DNA from: a virus
Lineage: Duplodnaviria; Caudoviricetes
Length of the DNA: 24,145 nucleotides
Strand: one strand, 5' to 3'
Virus record (IMG/VR): IMGVR_UViG_3300044674_000217
Span: 1-24,145 of that record
Shown: one piece after another, positions 13,363 through 24,143 of the stretch
Numbering within the stretch: the stretch's first letter is position 1
How the letters are laid out: each line of letters starts with the position of its first letter
The notes under the pieces: model-generated
The model's input: the letters and a program-made list of their open reading frames with translations, nothing else
Told to the model about the DNA's origin: nothing
The model's database searches: none
Made by a program: the position numbers and the translations under genes

Positions 13363-16300
13363 TCATTGCCTATTAGGTAAAAAGCCAGTCAGGTCTTTTG
13401 CTGTGTCTTTTATTATATCGCCAGTCGCCATTGTTTCTATAAGTGGCGTCATACGAATTAAACCTTTAGCACCATCCTGCACATCCCCAGAAAGCATCTG
13501 ACCAATAGAACTTAGAACCTCATAGCTCCAATCAGCAGGAGCGCCACCCAAAGAAACTAATGCACCAATCTTATCTGGTGGAGCTTGAAACTTTGGTTGA
13601 ATAGGAAAGTTATTTTCCAATCCCATTTCACTAGCCATTGCTATGCCACGATAAACCATATCGCTGTAAATTGCGGCAAGACCTGAGAAGTCAAAAGACC
13701 TCATAATTTTGTCTTCAATGTCCATGTCTTTCCAAGCCCAGCTTGGAGTGCGAGCATTTACAATCATATATCCAAGACCCATAGCGACAGCCACATGAGA
13801 TAAACGATTGCGAACTGCACCAGAGGCATGGTTGGCAGTAATCTTGCTTAAAGCACCCATTGTGTAACTATAAAAAGTAAACGGCAGAGCAAGCAGTCCA
13901 CTTTCTGCTCTTCGATACCCCTTAACTCTAGGGTCAATAGTAGTTTCAAATGGAAGAAATTTAGCTAAATGTTCTGGAATATAAGCAACACCGCTCATTA
14001 CAATTGGTTTGTCTGCTGGCGTACCCATAATTACTCTATTCATAACACCAGAAGACAAAGCATTTCTAAATGCAATAACTGTTGCTTCGTCTGTCCAAGC
14101 TTCTGTGTTTGGCAAAAACAAACCGCCTTGGCTTTTTTCATAAGGAGAGTCAGCTATTTGCTTAGCTAGTTTTGGAGTAATATTATATCTAGCTAAAAAC
14201 TCTTTCTCAAACTTACTAGCCTTACCAGTGCCTAGCTTAATAGCAGAGTCAATAATTGTATGACCACGAAGCAAACCATCGAATGTTTTAATAGCTACAG
14301 TTACAGGAGCCAAACCATTCATAATATAAAAAGCATTGTTTAGTTTGTCAGGAATAGTCTTGCTAAACACATCATTCGTAAGGCTTTCCATATACCGCAA
14401 GTGAGTTATGCCACGAACAATCTCCAATGCCTCACCAGCTAAATTAAGCTCTCTCTTAGATGCCTTTAAAGATATATCATCCATTGTGCCAAGCACTGAC
14501 TTGCCAATAGCTTTAAGCTCATGATCCATAAATAAAGATGCAGCATCACCAACCGCTGCTAATCCAGAGCCGCCAAGAAACGTCCAGCTTGTTGCCGTTC
14601 TAAGAAAGTCAGCTATCTTTGTGTCTATGGCATCAGGACGTTTAAGCGTTGTGCCAACTACTTGATCGTATATTGCAACAAAGTTTTTAATAAACTTATT
14701 TATTGTAGCTTCATCAACACCATCTTTAATAAGCCTAGATCTGTAATAATCTATTCTTCCTTCTAGTGGCATTATCTGATTAGTTTCTGGATCACGAAAA
14801 CGTTTGTGATACTCTAGTCGAGGGCCAACACGATTGGTGTAAGCAATCATAACTTCCTTAATGTCAGTCACAATGTAGTCTTTAATCAAGTGATTAGGAA
14901 TATTAAGGCGACGAGATACAAGCGGGCCGCTGCGACCAAATCCAGTAAAGATTGCATCAACAGCATCTTCGTCTGTTTCCCCAAGAATGTTGTCTATAGT
15001 TTCATTAGCTCTACGCTCAAGAGATACAGGATCAGTTGCTAGCTCTTGCTTCTTAAATAGCTTATCATCACCCTTAACAATAATCTGTGGATTTTCACGA
15101 AACCAATTCATTAAGATATTCTTTAAACCTTCTCGATCTGATTCAATCTTACGGCGATTAAAGATACGCATAAGGTAATTGTTAGGAGATTTAACTGATG
15201 GCATTTCATCCATCATATCCATAGCGTTATCAATTCTAGCTTTTGTTTCATCCATAGCTTTGGCTAGATCTTTCAAAGCGCTACGCATATCAGCCGTAAG
15301 ATCTAACTCTTTATAAAGCAAAGCTAGTTCATCAATTGATTTTGCATTTTGTATTTTATCAAATGCATCATCAAACTGACCTAATAAGGTCTGCTTCATA
15401 ACAAACTCTTCTTCTAAGTCTGTTTTATACTTAACTTGCTTATTGGTAAGGCCTCTAGTTGTGGCAGTTTTATTAAGCTGCCTAAGTTTATTATTTAATT
15501 TTTCCAGATCTTTTGAAAGCCTATCTTGCTGTGGGCGCATCCATCGTTTGTTTTGCTCAACAATGCTTTTAGTAACGCTTTGAAGCTCCATCTGACGACC
15601 AACATTTTTTAAATAGTTGTCTTCAAAAAGATCCTTTGGATTAATAAGACCAACCTCTTCTAGCTCTTTACCATATTGCTCAAAAAAACTACGAGCAGCT
15701 TGCACTGATGCAGCTTCCTGCGGTGTCATTTTTTCATATGGAACTTCATCAACCATTAAACGACCGATGTGATTATACCACTCGTCAGGTGCAAAGCTAT
15801 CTTTGCCTAGCTTACGGCGAACACGCTCTACATATTCTCCAACAGGAACATTAAAAAACTCAGCAGTAGGATTACGTGGACTTACTTCACGATAATTTTG
15901 ATTAATAACATCAAGGGCTTTAAACCAGTCACCTTGACGTCTTGCAGACTCAGTAAACGCAGAACTGCCTACACTTTTACCAAGCTGGTTCATAGCATAA
16001 GGCATTCCATTATCACCACCAAGCTGAAGCATATCCATCTTAGCCCAGTCTGGTAACTTCTTGTCTTGTATGGTTGCACGAATAGGCGTTGGTATTGCCT
16101 TCATAAACCAAGAATTATTAAACCACTCACCTGTAAAAGATAAGTCTTCGCCTCTTTTTGCTGGCTCATCAGAAACACTATTAAGATATTCTTTATACTT
16201 ACGCCCAAAAGTTGCTTGTCTAGCTTGCGCAGAAATAGGTCTATTCAGCGCTGTGCCTATGCCAAAGCCAAGAAGGCCACCAACGGCTGTTGTGCCCATT

Positions 16301-16935
16301 GTATAGAGCGCTGCGTTGCCTATTTCAGTTGCTGGGTCTTCACCCTCGCTAATCTCAGTAAGCGCCTCAATGAGCGTTATGCTGCCATCTACGACCGCTG
16401 CATCCAGAGCGCCTATCTTAGAAAGATCTTTAGCCGTAAGATCTTTGCCTCTCATTAGTTGTTTTGCACGAGCAGCTTGTCTTAAACCAGAAGTAGAACC
16501 TAAAGCATTAAGACCTCGACCAAGATGCAAAGAAGCAGCAACACCACTATAAGGAATAGCAATAGACGCATGAAGGCTAGGGTCAGTAAGAAATAAATTA
16601 AGACCAGTAGAACGATTCAATACACTATAGTTATCTCTACGTTTCTGTAAAAACTCTAGGGCAGAAGTAAAGTTATCTTCAGATCCAATTCCAAACAAAC
16701 GAAGGTAACGAGCATCTTCTTCATTAAGACCCTGCTTTTCTATTATTGTCTCAACGCGATCAATTGACTCTGGATCATAGGTTGAAGCTCTTGAATAAAA
16801 ATTCAGCTGGTTTTTTATTGGGTTAAATAGTTTTCCATATTGAGCATTTCCCGTTTGCCCAAGTGTAGGCACTGTAGATTGCACTGGCTGTCTACCAACA
16901 TTAAACGGCTCTGCTTCTGGAACAACTATTCTCAT
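13363..16935 (-). CDS. large internal virion (ejection) protein, T7 gp16-like position
   Basis: 1190 aa, mostly helical; last of three genes between tail tubular B and the fibre. Confidence 0.75.
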   Translation of the reverse strand: MRIVVPEAEPFNVGRQPVQSTVPTLGQTGNAQYGKLFNPIKNQLNFYSRASTYDPESIDRVETIIEKQGLNEEDARYLRLFGIGSEDNFTSALEFLQKRRDNYSVLNRSTGLNLFLTDPSLHASIAIPYSGVAASLHLGRGLNALGSTSGLRQAARAKQLMRGKDLTAKDLSKIGALDAAVVDGSITLIEALTEISEGEDPATEIGNAALYTMGTTAVGGLLGFGIGTALNRPISAQARQATFGRKYKEYLNSVSDEPAKRGEDLSFTGEWFNNSWFMKAIPTPIRATIQDKKLPDWAKMDMLQLGGDNGMPYAMNQLGKSVGSSAFTESARRQGDWFKALDVINQNYREVSPRNPTAEFFNVPVGEYVERVRRKLGKDSFAPDEWYNHIGRLMVDEVPYEKMTPQEAASVQAARSFFEQYGKELEEVGLINPKDLFEDNYLKNVGRQMELQSVTKSIVEQNKRWMRPQQDRLSKDLEKLNNKLRQLNKTATTRGLTNKQVKYKTDLEEEFVMKQTLLGQFDDAFDKIQNAKSIDELALLYKELDLTADMRSALKDLAKAMDETKARIDNAMDMMDEMPSVKSPNNYLMRIFNRRKIESDREGLKNILMNWFRENPQIIVKGDDKLFKKQELATDPVSLERRANETIDNILGETDEDAVDAIFTGFGRSGPLVSRRLNIPNHLIKDYIVTDIKEVMIAYTNRVGPRLEYHKRFRDPETNQIMPLEGRIDYYRSRLIKDGVDEATINKFIKNFVAIYDQVVGTTLKRPDAIDTKIADFLRTATSWTFLGGSGLAAVGDAASLFMDHELKAIGKSVLGTMDDISLKASKRELNLAGEALEIVRGITHLRYMESLTNDVFSKTIPDKLNNAFYIMNGLAPVTVAIKTFDGLLRGHTIIDSAIKLGTGKASKFEKEFLARYNITPKLAKQIADSPYEKSQGGLFLPNTEAWTDEATVIAFRNALSSGVMNRVIMGTPADKPIVMSGVAYIPEHLAKFLPFETTIDPRVKGYRRAESGLLALPFTFYSYTMGALSKITANHASGAVRNRLSHVAVAMGLGYMIVNARTPSWAWKDMDIEDKIMRSFDFSGLAAIYSDMVYRGIAMASEMGLENNFPIQPKFQAPPDKIGALVSLGGAPADWSYEVLSSIGQMLSGDVQDGAKGLIRMTPLIETMATGDIIKDTAKDLTGFLPNRQ

Positions 16936-19900
16936 TGATTTGGCTCTGTCATTTCTATTTGCAATGCATTGCTAAGGGAATTGTACTCTTTTCTTTTTGA
17001 CCTAAAAATATTTAAAGCCATGTCATCATCGCCAAGTATTCTATTAAATCTTTTTATTCTGTTAACGTCAGATAAAAACATTTCTTCAGTCATGTGATCT
17101 AAGGTTGCCTTATAGTTAATTTCAGCAATTACTTTGTCCCCAGCAGGTGCATCTGATTTAAATGCAATCTCTAAATTATTAAGAGACTGAAACCTCATAT
17201 CAGCTCTTCGATCAGCTTGAACCTTTGGTTTTTCTAAAGTTAAAACCGTATCATTAAGTATAATTGGTTCAAATCCACCATAATCATTTATATATCCTAT
17301 TTCGTACATAGGTTGACCTTGATCAAATGAAGACACAACAGGCTTATAGATTAACTCAATATTTAAAGCTTGCAGTCCTCTTCTCAGTCTATCTCTATCA
17401 CTTAGCTCTTCACTAGCTCCAACGCCGCTAGTAAACTCTTCAACAATAGCCCTTGACGTAATTCTAAGATTGCCACCAATCATATTAGCAAAATTAGCAG
17501 CTGATGAATCTAATAAATTACCACCCTTTAAAAAATCGTTAAACAAACCAGAATCTGCAATAAGATCAGTTACCTGTTCTCTATTCGCAATAATTTCAGA
17601 ATCTGTAAAAAAATTATTCCTAGCATATACAGTGCTGTCACCAATATAAGACCCAATAACATTAGGATCTGTTCGCATCTTTGAGGTATAGCTATCTATT
17701 GTAGAAGATATTAAATCCTCAGTAATTACATTGCCTCTTACCTTTTGCATCCGAAGCATTGCTAGTATTTCTTTTTTGTAATTAGCGCTCATTGGATAAG
17801 CATCTAATGCTCTTTTAATGTTTGCATTCTTAGATAAATCAAGATCTGCTTTAATATCAGCATCAATGTTGCCATCATAATTTCTAAACTCAAGCGCAAT
17901 TGCTAATGGCTCTACACCCTCTGCACGAGCAGACTGACTTATCGCAGAGTATAAAGCATACGACTCTGGGCTAAGATTACGCATTATATCTAAAGTAGTA
18001 CGGCGACCATCATTAGTAATAACTTCAAGATTAGAATAACGCTCAAATGCTTGAATGCCAGCATTTAAATTATCTTCACTATTTGATGTTAAAGCAGACT
18101 CTAAAGCAACCTTAGCTGATGGAAGAATAATGCCTTGGTTAAGGCCATCTACAATTTGTGGAAAATCAAACATATTTCCAGCAGTTATATTAATACCCTC
18201 AAATAATTGTTTGTCATAAAATGCTAGAGCATCAGGCGAAGCACTCGGAAGATTGCTAGCAATAGAATCCATTCTAATGCCATTAATGTATCTATTGTTT
18301 TGATTTGTAGATGCTGTCAACTTTCTATCTAGGTAAGCAGCTGTACTTGCAGAATCAAACTTATAAGCCTCTCTCAATAAGTCATAAGCTTGTTTCGCAT
18401 TGCCTATTAGATTTGTTTCTTCTTGAGTTATTGCGTCTTTTAATTCTTTAAGATCTACCGTAGTCAACTGGATTCTATCGGCCCTAACTCTTGATTGAAG
18501 GGCAAAGTTTTCTCTAGCAGCAGTTATTAAAGTTTGCTGAGTTGTTTCATCTAATCCAGATGCTTCTATGTTTGATAAAGCAGACTGAAAGCTTGTATTC
18601 AAATCAGTAGCGTTTCGAAAATCAGATAAACTTTGACGCAATCTGTCTTCTTTTTCTAAGTCAGCAGCACCTTCCATCCTAGATAAAGCCGCACGTCTAT
18701 CAGATATTTCTGTCGCAAGATTAGATCTTTGTTTTTGAGTCATCATTTGGATCATGCCAGCTACTTTGTCACCATGGCTTCTTCCAAACTCATCTCTATC
18801 ACCACCAATCAAATCAGCTATTGCTTGATAATCTGGCGATGCTTCATCTTGAAGGGCTTCAGAAATAATATCTAAATCACTAGATTTCTTTCCAGCTACA
18901 TCTAAATTTTTTTCTATCCAATTAGAAAATAATTCTGTTCCAACTTGCTCGGCAACATCATCATCTTCAATTTTAAGTATCATAGCCGATATATCATCAA
19001 CTGTTGTAGATGGACTTATTGTTGGAAGAAGCTCAGATACAATATTGCTAACCTCAGACTCTACATACTCTTCGCTTATAGAAGCAAATGAATCCAGACC
19101 GGCAATCAAGGTTGGTATACTTGTTGTTATTTTTGCTTCTATAGCTAAAGCTTCTAAATTATTATGATCTATTTTATCAGCAAGCTCAGACATAATTCTT
19201 GGGTTTGTAAGCCCAAGCTTAAACATAGACTGATCTGAAGGTGAAAGCGTAGAGTATATATCTACAAGATTATTGTTAGCAGATAAGCCCTGAAGCCCGT
19301 CAATGCGCTCATTAGCAGATCTCCATGACGCAAACGTCATATTGTCTGTATTTTTTAAATCTAAATATTTAGCTCGAATAGAATTAGCTAAGGCTAAAAT
19401 TTCTTGATTAGAAGCGCCTTTAGAAACAAGATTAGCTAATTTTCTTTCATCAAGATAACCAGACATTAATTGCTGATCTTTTAATGCTTTCTTTGCTGCT
19501 TCAGCCTGCTTCTTTGCTAGTGATGCGTATGTACTTGCAACATACTCAGATCCTGCTTCTTGAATATATCTGCTATAAGGAGTTGCTTCTCCCTCTGAGT
19601 TGTACATCTCTTGTATGTAATTGGTTATACGAGTTTTGTATTCATCCGCAGTCTGAGAGCTTGATGCAAACTCTGATCCCTTAGATGCAAACTCATTAAG
19701 AATTGATTCCTCAAATCTACGATCAATCATATTTTGATATGATTTAGCAGCAATAGAACCAAATGATGCTGGTGGCGTATAAGCCACAGGCATATTGGTG
19801 CTTGGATCTATTGCTATAATTTTATCTGATGGCTGTGATTTAGCTGCTTGCTGTCCAGCTTTCTCTGCATTCTGAGCAGCCTCTCTATAAGCCAACTGAG

Positions 19901-20015
19901 AAATTCTAACAGCTGCACTGCTAATAGCTTCGCCCACTTGAGCAGATCCAGCATCTGTTCTAACAACACCAACTGGCTGATTAAAGACTTGAGTTCTTTG
20001 TCTAATTACAGCCAT
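16932..20015 (-). CDS. internal virion (ejection) protein, T7 gp15-like position
   Basis: 1027 aa, helical with an A/Q-rich N-terminus; ATGA-coupled to the next gene. Confidence 0.72.
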   Translation of the reverse strand: MAVIRQRTQVFNQPVGVVRTDAGSAQVGEAISSAAVRISQLAYREAAQNAEKAGQQAAKSQPSDKIIAIDPSTNMPVAYTPPASFGSIAAKSYQNMIDRRFEESILNEFASKGSEFASSSQTADEYKTRITNYIQEMYNSEGEATPYSRYIQEAGSEYVASTYASLAKKQAEAAKKALKDQQLMSGYLDERKLANLVSKGASNQEILALANSIRAKYLDLKNTDNMTFASWRSANERIDGLQGLSANNNLVDIYSTLSPSDQSMFKLGLTNPRIMSELADKIDHNNLEALAIEAKITTSIPTLIAGLDSFASISEEYVESEVSNIVSELLPTISPSTTVDDISAMILKIEDDDVAEQVGTELFSNWIEKNLDVAGKKSSDLDIISEALQDEASPDYQAIADLIGGDRDEFGRSHGDKVAGMIQMMTQKQRSNLATEISDRRAALSRMEGAADLEKEDRLRQSLSDFRNATDLNTSFQSALSNIEASGLDETTQQTLITAARENFALQSRVRADRIQLTTVDLKELKDAITQEETNLIGNAKQAYDLLREAYKFDSASTAAYLDRKLTASTNQNNRYINGIRMDSIASNLPSASPDALAFYDKQLFEGINITAGNMFDFPQIVDGLNQGIILPSAKVALESALTSNSEDNLNAGIQAFERYSNLEVITNDGRRTTLDIMRNLSPESYALYSAISQSARAEGVEPLAIALEFRNYDGNIDADIKADLDLSKNANIKRALDAYPMSANYKKEILAMLRMQKVRGNVITEDLISSTIDSYTSKMRTDPNVIGSYIGDSTVYARNNFFTDSEIIANREQVTDLIADSGLFNDFLKGGNLLDSSAANFANMIGGNLRITSRAIVEEFTSGVGASEELSDRDRLRRGLQALNIELIYKPVVSSFDQGQPMYEIGYINDYGGFEPIILNDTVLTLEKPKVQADRRADMRFQSLNNLEIAFKSDAPAGDKVIAEINYKATLDHMTEEMFLSDVNRIKRFNRILGDDDMALNIFRSKRKEYNSLSNALQIEMTEPNQ

Positions 20016-20017
20016 TA

Positions 20018-20488
20018 TTAAGTCCTTACTGTTTCATATTGATAAATGCCCTGACCCACTGTTCCAATAGCGCTAAACAAGGAAGCCGTTAGTGCATTTC
20101 GACCACGGCGTCTTTCAGCCATAGCTGCCATAGAAGTCTTCATATTCTCAAACTGTACTTGTTGATCTATACGAGAGGTGTCTTGATCTATAATATCTTT
20201 TTGTCTTTGTAAAAATGCTTGCACACTTTTGTCTTGTTGTTGAGCAAAACCAACATCAGCAGTAACGTCACGACCAGCAGCTGCAAATGCAGCTATATTA
20301 GCAGAAGTTGCTAAGTTGTATTCTTCGCGCCTAGCCCTAGACATTTGCAAAGCCTGAGTTTTATTCAACTTCTTTTCAGTTTCCATTTGAAAAGCATTTA
20401 GCTGAGAGGCTTGTTGCTGCGCTCGACCAGCTGCAATCTGACCTATTGCTGATAATCCAGCTGAACCTGCTACAATTAATTCCAGCAT
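20018..20488 (-). CDS. small internal virion protein, T7 gp14-like
   Basis: A/G/Q-rich with hydrophobic termini; directly after tail tubular B. Confidence 0.72.
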   Translation of the reverse strand: MLELIVAGSAGLSAIGQIAAGRAQQQASQLNAFQMETEKKLNKTQALQMSRARREEYNLATSANIAAFAAAGRDVTADVGFAQQQDKSVQAFLQRQKDIIDQDTSRIDQQVQFENMKTSMAAMAERRRGRNALTASLFSAIGTVGQGIYQYETVRT

Positions 20489-22806
20489 TAAACTACTAGC
20501 TCCGCTACTAATCCATTAACCTGCAACGGCAATGGATGATCTTGTTCTATTGTTATCTGTGCTGTTCGATTATATCCCAGCAAACGAAACTCTTTCTTGC
20601 CACTAAACGCTGAGGTAGTGACCAGTGGCCTTGAGTTTACCTTAGCTGATCTAGTGTTTTTAAAATCAACTACAATGTTAGTCAGCCCTCTAATCTCACC
20701 AGTCGCAGGGCCATTGCCCATAGAAGCATCAATAGGATTGGTAATAATCTTAGAGGTAAATGCCGATCCAATGTAAGCCGTTGTGTAGTTAAACGCTGAG
20801 TAAGCAGACAGATCAATTACATTCCCAGATATAGTAAACGTACCTAAGTGAGAAAGCTGTGTATCGTCAGCATCCTTAGCTAGTACAGTCACTGTATCTC
20901 CATTGCCCCAAGGTTGATCTGCCACAGCACTTACATCAATCTGATTACTGGTAATGGAAAACTCTCTCCAGCCATCTAAACCAATCTCAAAGTTTGTCGT
21001 ATTCTCAAAGCTACCATAATAATAATAGCCATCAGAATCTTTAATCGTAGCATAGATAACATTACCAAGCGCAGTCACAGCATCAAACGATCCAAAATCA
21101 CTAGAGATCTTTGTCCAAGACGCTCTCTTCTCAGCCCTGTTTGAGTTAAACAAAGCTATTGTTCCGTCAGTCATAACAAACGCAGCATAGCTTTCAGATG
21201 TTTCAAAGCTTGAGTTCGATACCGCCATATCTATTGGGCTATTAATTAAATGGCTGGCAATTGTTGAGATAGCAGTAGAAGTATAAGCGCTCTCGTTGTC
21301 AGTAAACAAATACTCTCTAACCGTCCTACCACCACGTTCTACAAACAAAGTCGCACCGTCTATCGGAGTGGGAGTTACAAACTCACACCCGTATGGTGTC
21401 TGCTTTCGTATCTGTAGATTAGTTGGAGTAAGCGGTTGGTTCTGAAATGTAGGTATGTAAAGCTCTGCTGACCCAGTAAAGATCTGCAAGTCACGGTTAG
21501 AAACCAAATATCTAATTGGATTTATTTCCCCAAGCGCAGCAGTAACTTGTATTGCATCATCATCAGCTGCATCTCCAACATCAAAATTAAAGAAGCTGCC
21601 AATCTTACTAAAGTAAATAGAATCTGGTTCTGCCAGTGTGCCAGCAAATACTAATCTATTCTGGTGAAATGTAACTGCTGCTGGATAACCACGAACAGCA
21701 GACCAAGACTGCTCGTCAAAATTAGAACTAGGAGCATGAGAAGAAATCTCTACATTTCCACCACCATCTTCTGAGCTATTTGCATTAGCGCCAGCAGTAA
21801 AGCTGTAGGTATTTTCATCTATAATATTAGAATCAATTGTTCTTGATCCATTTATTTGTGTTGCGTTTATACTGCCAACAGCTACTGCATTAGAAATAAC
21901 AATGGCTTCACCGCCTTGAAAGCCGTGATTTATATGCGTAACCTCAATTGTTGCGCTGCCACTGGCAGTTCTTAACGGGTTTGCTACACTTAATCTTATA
22001 TCTAGTGTTCCATTCACATTGCCAGTGGCTTGCGTAGAAGACTGAACACTGGTGATTGTTATCTCATCTTCATGGTATCTTATGATTGTACCAACATGCT
22101 TTGAGTCTAAATAATCACCACCTGTTTGTGAGCCTGTAGTATCAAAGTAAGCAGCGCTTGTTGTAAGCGTAATTCCATTGCCGCTGGTGGCGCTAGGATC
22201 AAGCGTAACACCATTGTCTTGGAACCTAGAGTAAGGCTGAAAGGTAACTTTGTTATCTGCTCTTTGGCTAAAAGAAAACACACTTACCTCAAAGTCAAAC
22301 TGTCCGCTTTGAGTCGTGCTTGCTTTTCTTGTTAGGATTCTAGGCGCAAACTTATTGTGGCAAATAATAACAATATCGCCGTATCTAGTAATATTGTACT
22401 CATGCAAGTCATCTTCATCAAACGGAAGCGCGTTGCCATCAACGTCTTGAGTAAGTATCTGAGCGCCAAGTGTGTTTGTAGTAAAGGGAAAAGCTATATA
22501 ACCATGCCCAATCCCAATAACATACCTATTAGTATCATCGCTCAAACTATTAGAAACAGTAACAGGCTCACCAGTTACCCAAGAAAAAAGCCTAATCTTT
22601 TTATCAATTGCAGCGCCAGTAACAAAGTTTGCTCTTTTCCCATACTTAAAACCATGTCTTCTCTTAACGCCGCCCTCAGGAAGAACAATCATATTCTGTA
22701 GGCTTTGAGCAGACGCAGAATAAACAGCAGAATCAGTCCTCATTAAAAGAGAATCACTGATTTCACCATACTGAAAGCTGTTAATGGGTACTCTGACTTT
22801 CTGCAT
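20488..22806 (-). CDS. tail tubular protein B / nozzle (T7 gp12 / P22 gp10-like)
   Basis: SFQYGEIS, N.IVLPEGGVKRRHG, GYPAAVTFHQNRLVFAG and C-terminal QDHPLPLQV. Confidence 0.88.
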   Translation of the reverse strand: MQKVRVPINSFQYGEISDSLLMRTDSAVYSASAQSLQNMIVLPEGGVKRRHGFKYGKRANFVTGAAIDKKIRLFSWVTGEPVTVSNSLSDDTNRYVIGIGHGYIAFPFTTNTLGAQILTQDVDGNALPFDEDDLHEYNITRYGDIVIICHNKFAPRILTRKASTTQSGQFDFEVSVFSFSQRADNKVTFQPYSRFQDNGVTLDPSATSGNGITLTTSAAYFDTTGSQTGGDYLDSKHVGTIIRYHEDEITITSVQSSTQATGNVNGTLDIRLSVANPLRTASGSATIEVTHINHGFQGGEAIVISNAVAVGSINATQINGSRTIDSNIIDENTYSFTAGANANSSEDGGGNVEISSHAPSSNFDEQSWSAVRGYPAAVTFHQNRLVFAGTLAEPDSIYFSKIGSFFNFDVGDAADDDAIQVTAALGEINPIRYLVSNRDLQIFTGSAELYIPTFQNQPLTPTNLQIRKQTPYGCEFVTPTPIDGATLFVERGGRTVREYLFTDNESAYTSTAISTIASHLINSPIDMAVSNSSFETSESYAAFVMTDGTIALFNSNRAEKRASWTKISSDFGSFDAVTALGNVIYATIKDSDGYYYYGSFENTTNFEIGLDGWREFSITSNQIDVSAVADQPWGNGDTVTVLAKDADDTQLSHLGTFTISGNVIDLSAYSAFNYTTAYIGSAFTSKIITNPIDASMGNGPATGEIRGLTNIVVDFKNTRSAKVNSRPLVTTSAFSGKKEFRLLGYNRTAQITIEQDHPLPLQVNGLVAELVV

Positions 22807-23390
22807 TAACTTCGCCTTTCAGCAATAAACCTCGATGTGTTTAGCTTTTTAGTTGTTTGCTGTTGTGAATCCAGTCTTCTAGCTCTCATCATATGGAACT
22901 GCGCTCGCTCATCCATCATTTGAGCAAGCTGTGAATCCCTAGCAACAGAAACAGCAAGTATCCCAGCCATCATATATTCTACTGCAATAGTAAAGAACGG
23001 AGGCCAGTCAGCTTCACTAGCCCTAAATGTATGATCGCAGATTAAGGTGTCTGTGGCGACTGCATCGCAGTAAGCCATGTCAGCATAAATATCGTATTTA
23101 ATTGGATACTCATTAACAGTTATAGCATGAACCATTAATGATGTAGACGGTATTTGATAAGCCGCATCCCAACGCCCATCAGGAACAGCAGCAAGTCGCA
23201 CCAGTGTGCTTTGAGTAGTCGCAAAACCCCAGCGCATACTGGTTAGCGCAGCAGTAGCCGTATCTTCATACATAGCATCTACGACAGCAGACTCAGCAGT
23301 GCCATCCGTAAATGACTGAATCTCGTTGCCTCCCATAAGAACAGAAGCACGAGAACATACTTTAATAGAAGTGTTAGCTACATCAGGCAT
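22806..23390 (-). CDS. tail tubular protein A / adaptor (T7 gp11-like)
   Basis: CSRAS..MG..I.SF, WGFAT, AYQIP; lies between capsid and nozzle. Confidence 0.85.
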   Translation of the reverse strand: MPDVANTSIKVCSRASVLMGGNEIQSFTDGTAESAVVDAMYEDTATAALTSMRWGFATTQSTLVRLAAVPDGRWDAAYQIPSTSLMVHAITVNEYPIKYDIYADMAYCDAVATDTLICDHTFRASEADWPPFFTIAVEYMMAGILAVSVARDSQLAQMMDERAQFHMMRARRLDSQQQTTKKLNTSRFIAERRS

Positions 23391-23396
23391 AGTAGT

Positions 23397-23416
23397 ATGG
23401 GGGCCGAAGCCCCCAT
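23397..23416 (-). terminator. stable hairpin after the capsid gene (terminator/attenuator-like, no U tract)
   Basis: ATGGGGGC-TTCG-GCCCCCAT on the - strand, 4 nt after the capsid stop. Confidence 0.65.
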
Positions 23417-23420
23417 CCCC

Positions 23421-24143
23421 TTAGTTGTTATCAAGAACTTCAAAAACACCATCGTCATCAATAACAACAGCACCCATAGACATCATTGATGTTGCCAAGT
23501 GTGAAACCTTTTGCGGTACATAGTTTACTTCAGTTTGAACATCAGCATTAATGCCAAGCCCAACAGCAGAAGTATGGTACGCAAAGTTTTTACCACCAGC
23601 TACAGCAGATGTAGAGAAGATCTTAAAGCCTAAGAACTCTTTCATTGTCATGCCACCTGCGAATGGCAGGTTTTGTGGGCCAACATAGTCAGAGCTTGCA
23701 AACTCGTTGATAGCAAACAAATCAGCAAAACCAGCAGGAGACATTGCTAAATAGCGCTGTCCATCTTCTGGAATGTCTTCTGCACCAAATGTTGAGAACA
23801 AGGTCAGCAAGTCAGCTTTTTCAAGAGCAGATGCAGTATCATGGATTTGAGTAGCGTTAGCACCCGCATCCATTGCTGTGATCAAGATCTCATCAGTCTT
23901 ACGACCAAGAGCAGCAGCAGCAGATTGCGCTACAGCTTGACGCTCATTAATGTTGATCTTCAACTCATCCAGCTTGTCAATATACTCTGGTGCATAGAAG
24001 TCAGCCATGGTGGCTTCGACATTTGTATGCACAAGTTCCATTGCAGTTACATCGCCGTTACGCGCTTTAGTGTTTGCAGCGCCTTTTCCAATTACTTGGA
24101 ATCGAGCAACCGAGCCAGACACATTGCTTGAGCGAACAGTATT
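23421..24143 (-). CDS. major capsid protein (5'-truncated by the window edge)
   Basis: Frame stays open to the window end (..NTVRSSNVSGSVARFQVIGKG). EYIDKLDELK, AAALGRKTD, FLGF and MSMGAVVID resemble BPP-1/HTVC010P-type capsids. Confidence 0.9.
   Translation of the reverse strand, partial: NTVRSSNVSGSVARFQVIGKGAANTKARNGDVTAMELVHTNVEATMADFYAPEYIDKLDELKININERQAVAQSAAAALGRKTDEILITAMDAGANATQIHDTASALEKADLLTLFSTFGAEDIPEDGQRYLAMSPAGFADLFAINEFASSDYVGPQNLPFAGGMTMKEFLGFKIFSTSAVAGGKNFAYHTSAVGLGINADVQTEVNYVPQKVSHLATSMMSMGAVVIDDDGVFEVLDNN

Noticed and set aside
15699-15712. Near-match to the operator (TTGCACTGATGCAG); also CTGCA-N1/N2-TGCAG near 8741 and 20281
   Set aside because: Mismatched arm or wrong spacing, inside coding sequence, and explained by Ala codons.
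6519-24131. Short + strand and nested ORFs within the late genes (e.g. 7651..7926, 11555..11944, 12643..12948, 22357..22701)
   Set aside because: Antisense or off-frame shadows of long structural genes; no lipobox or other support seen.
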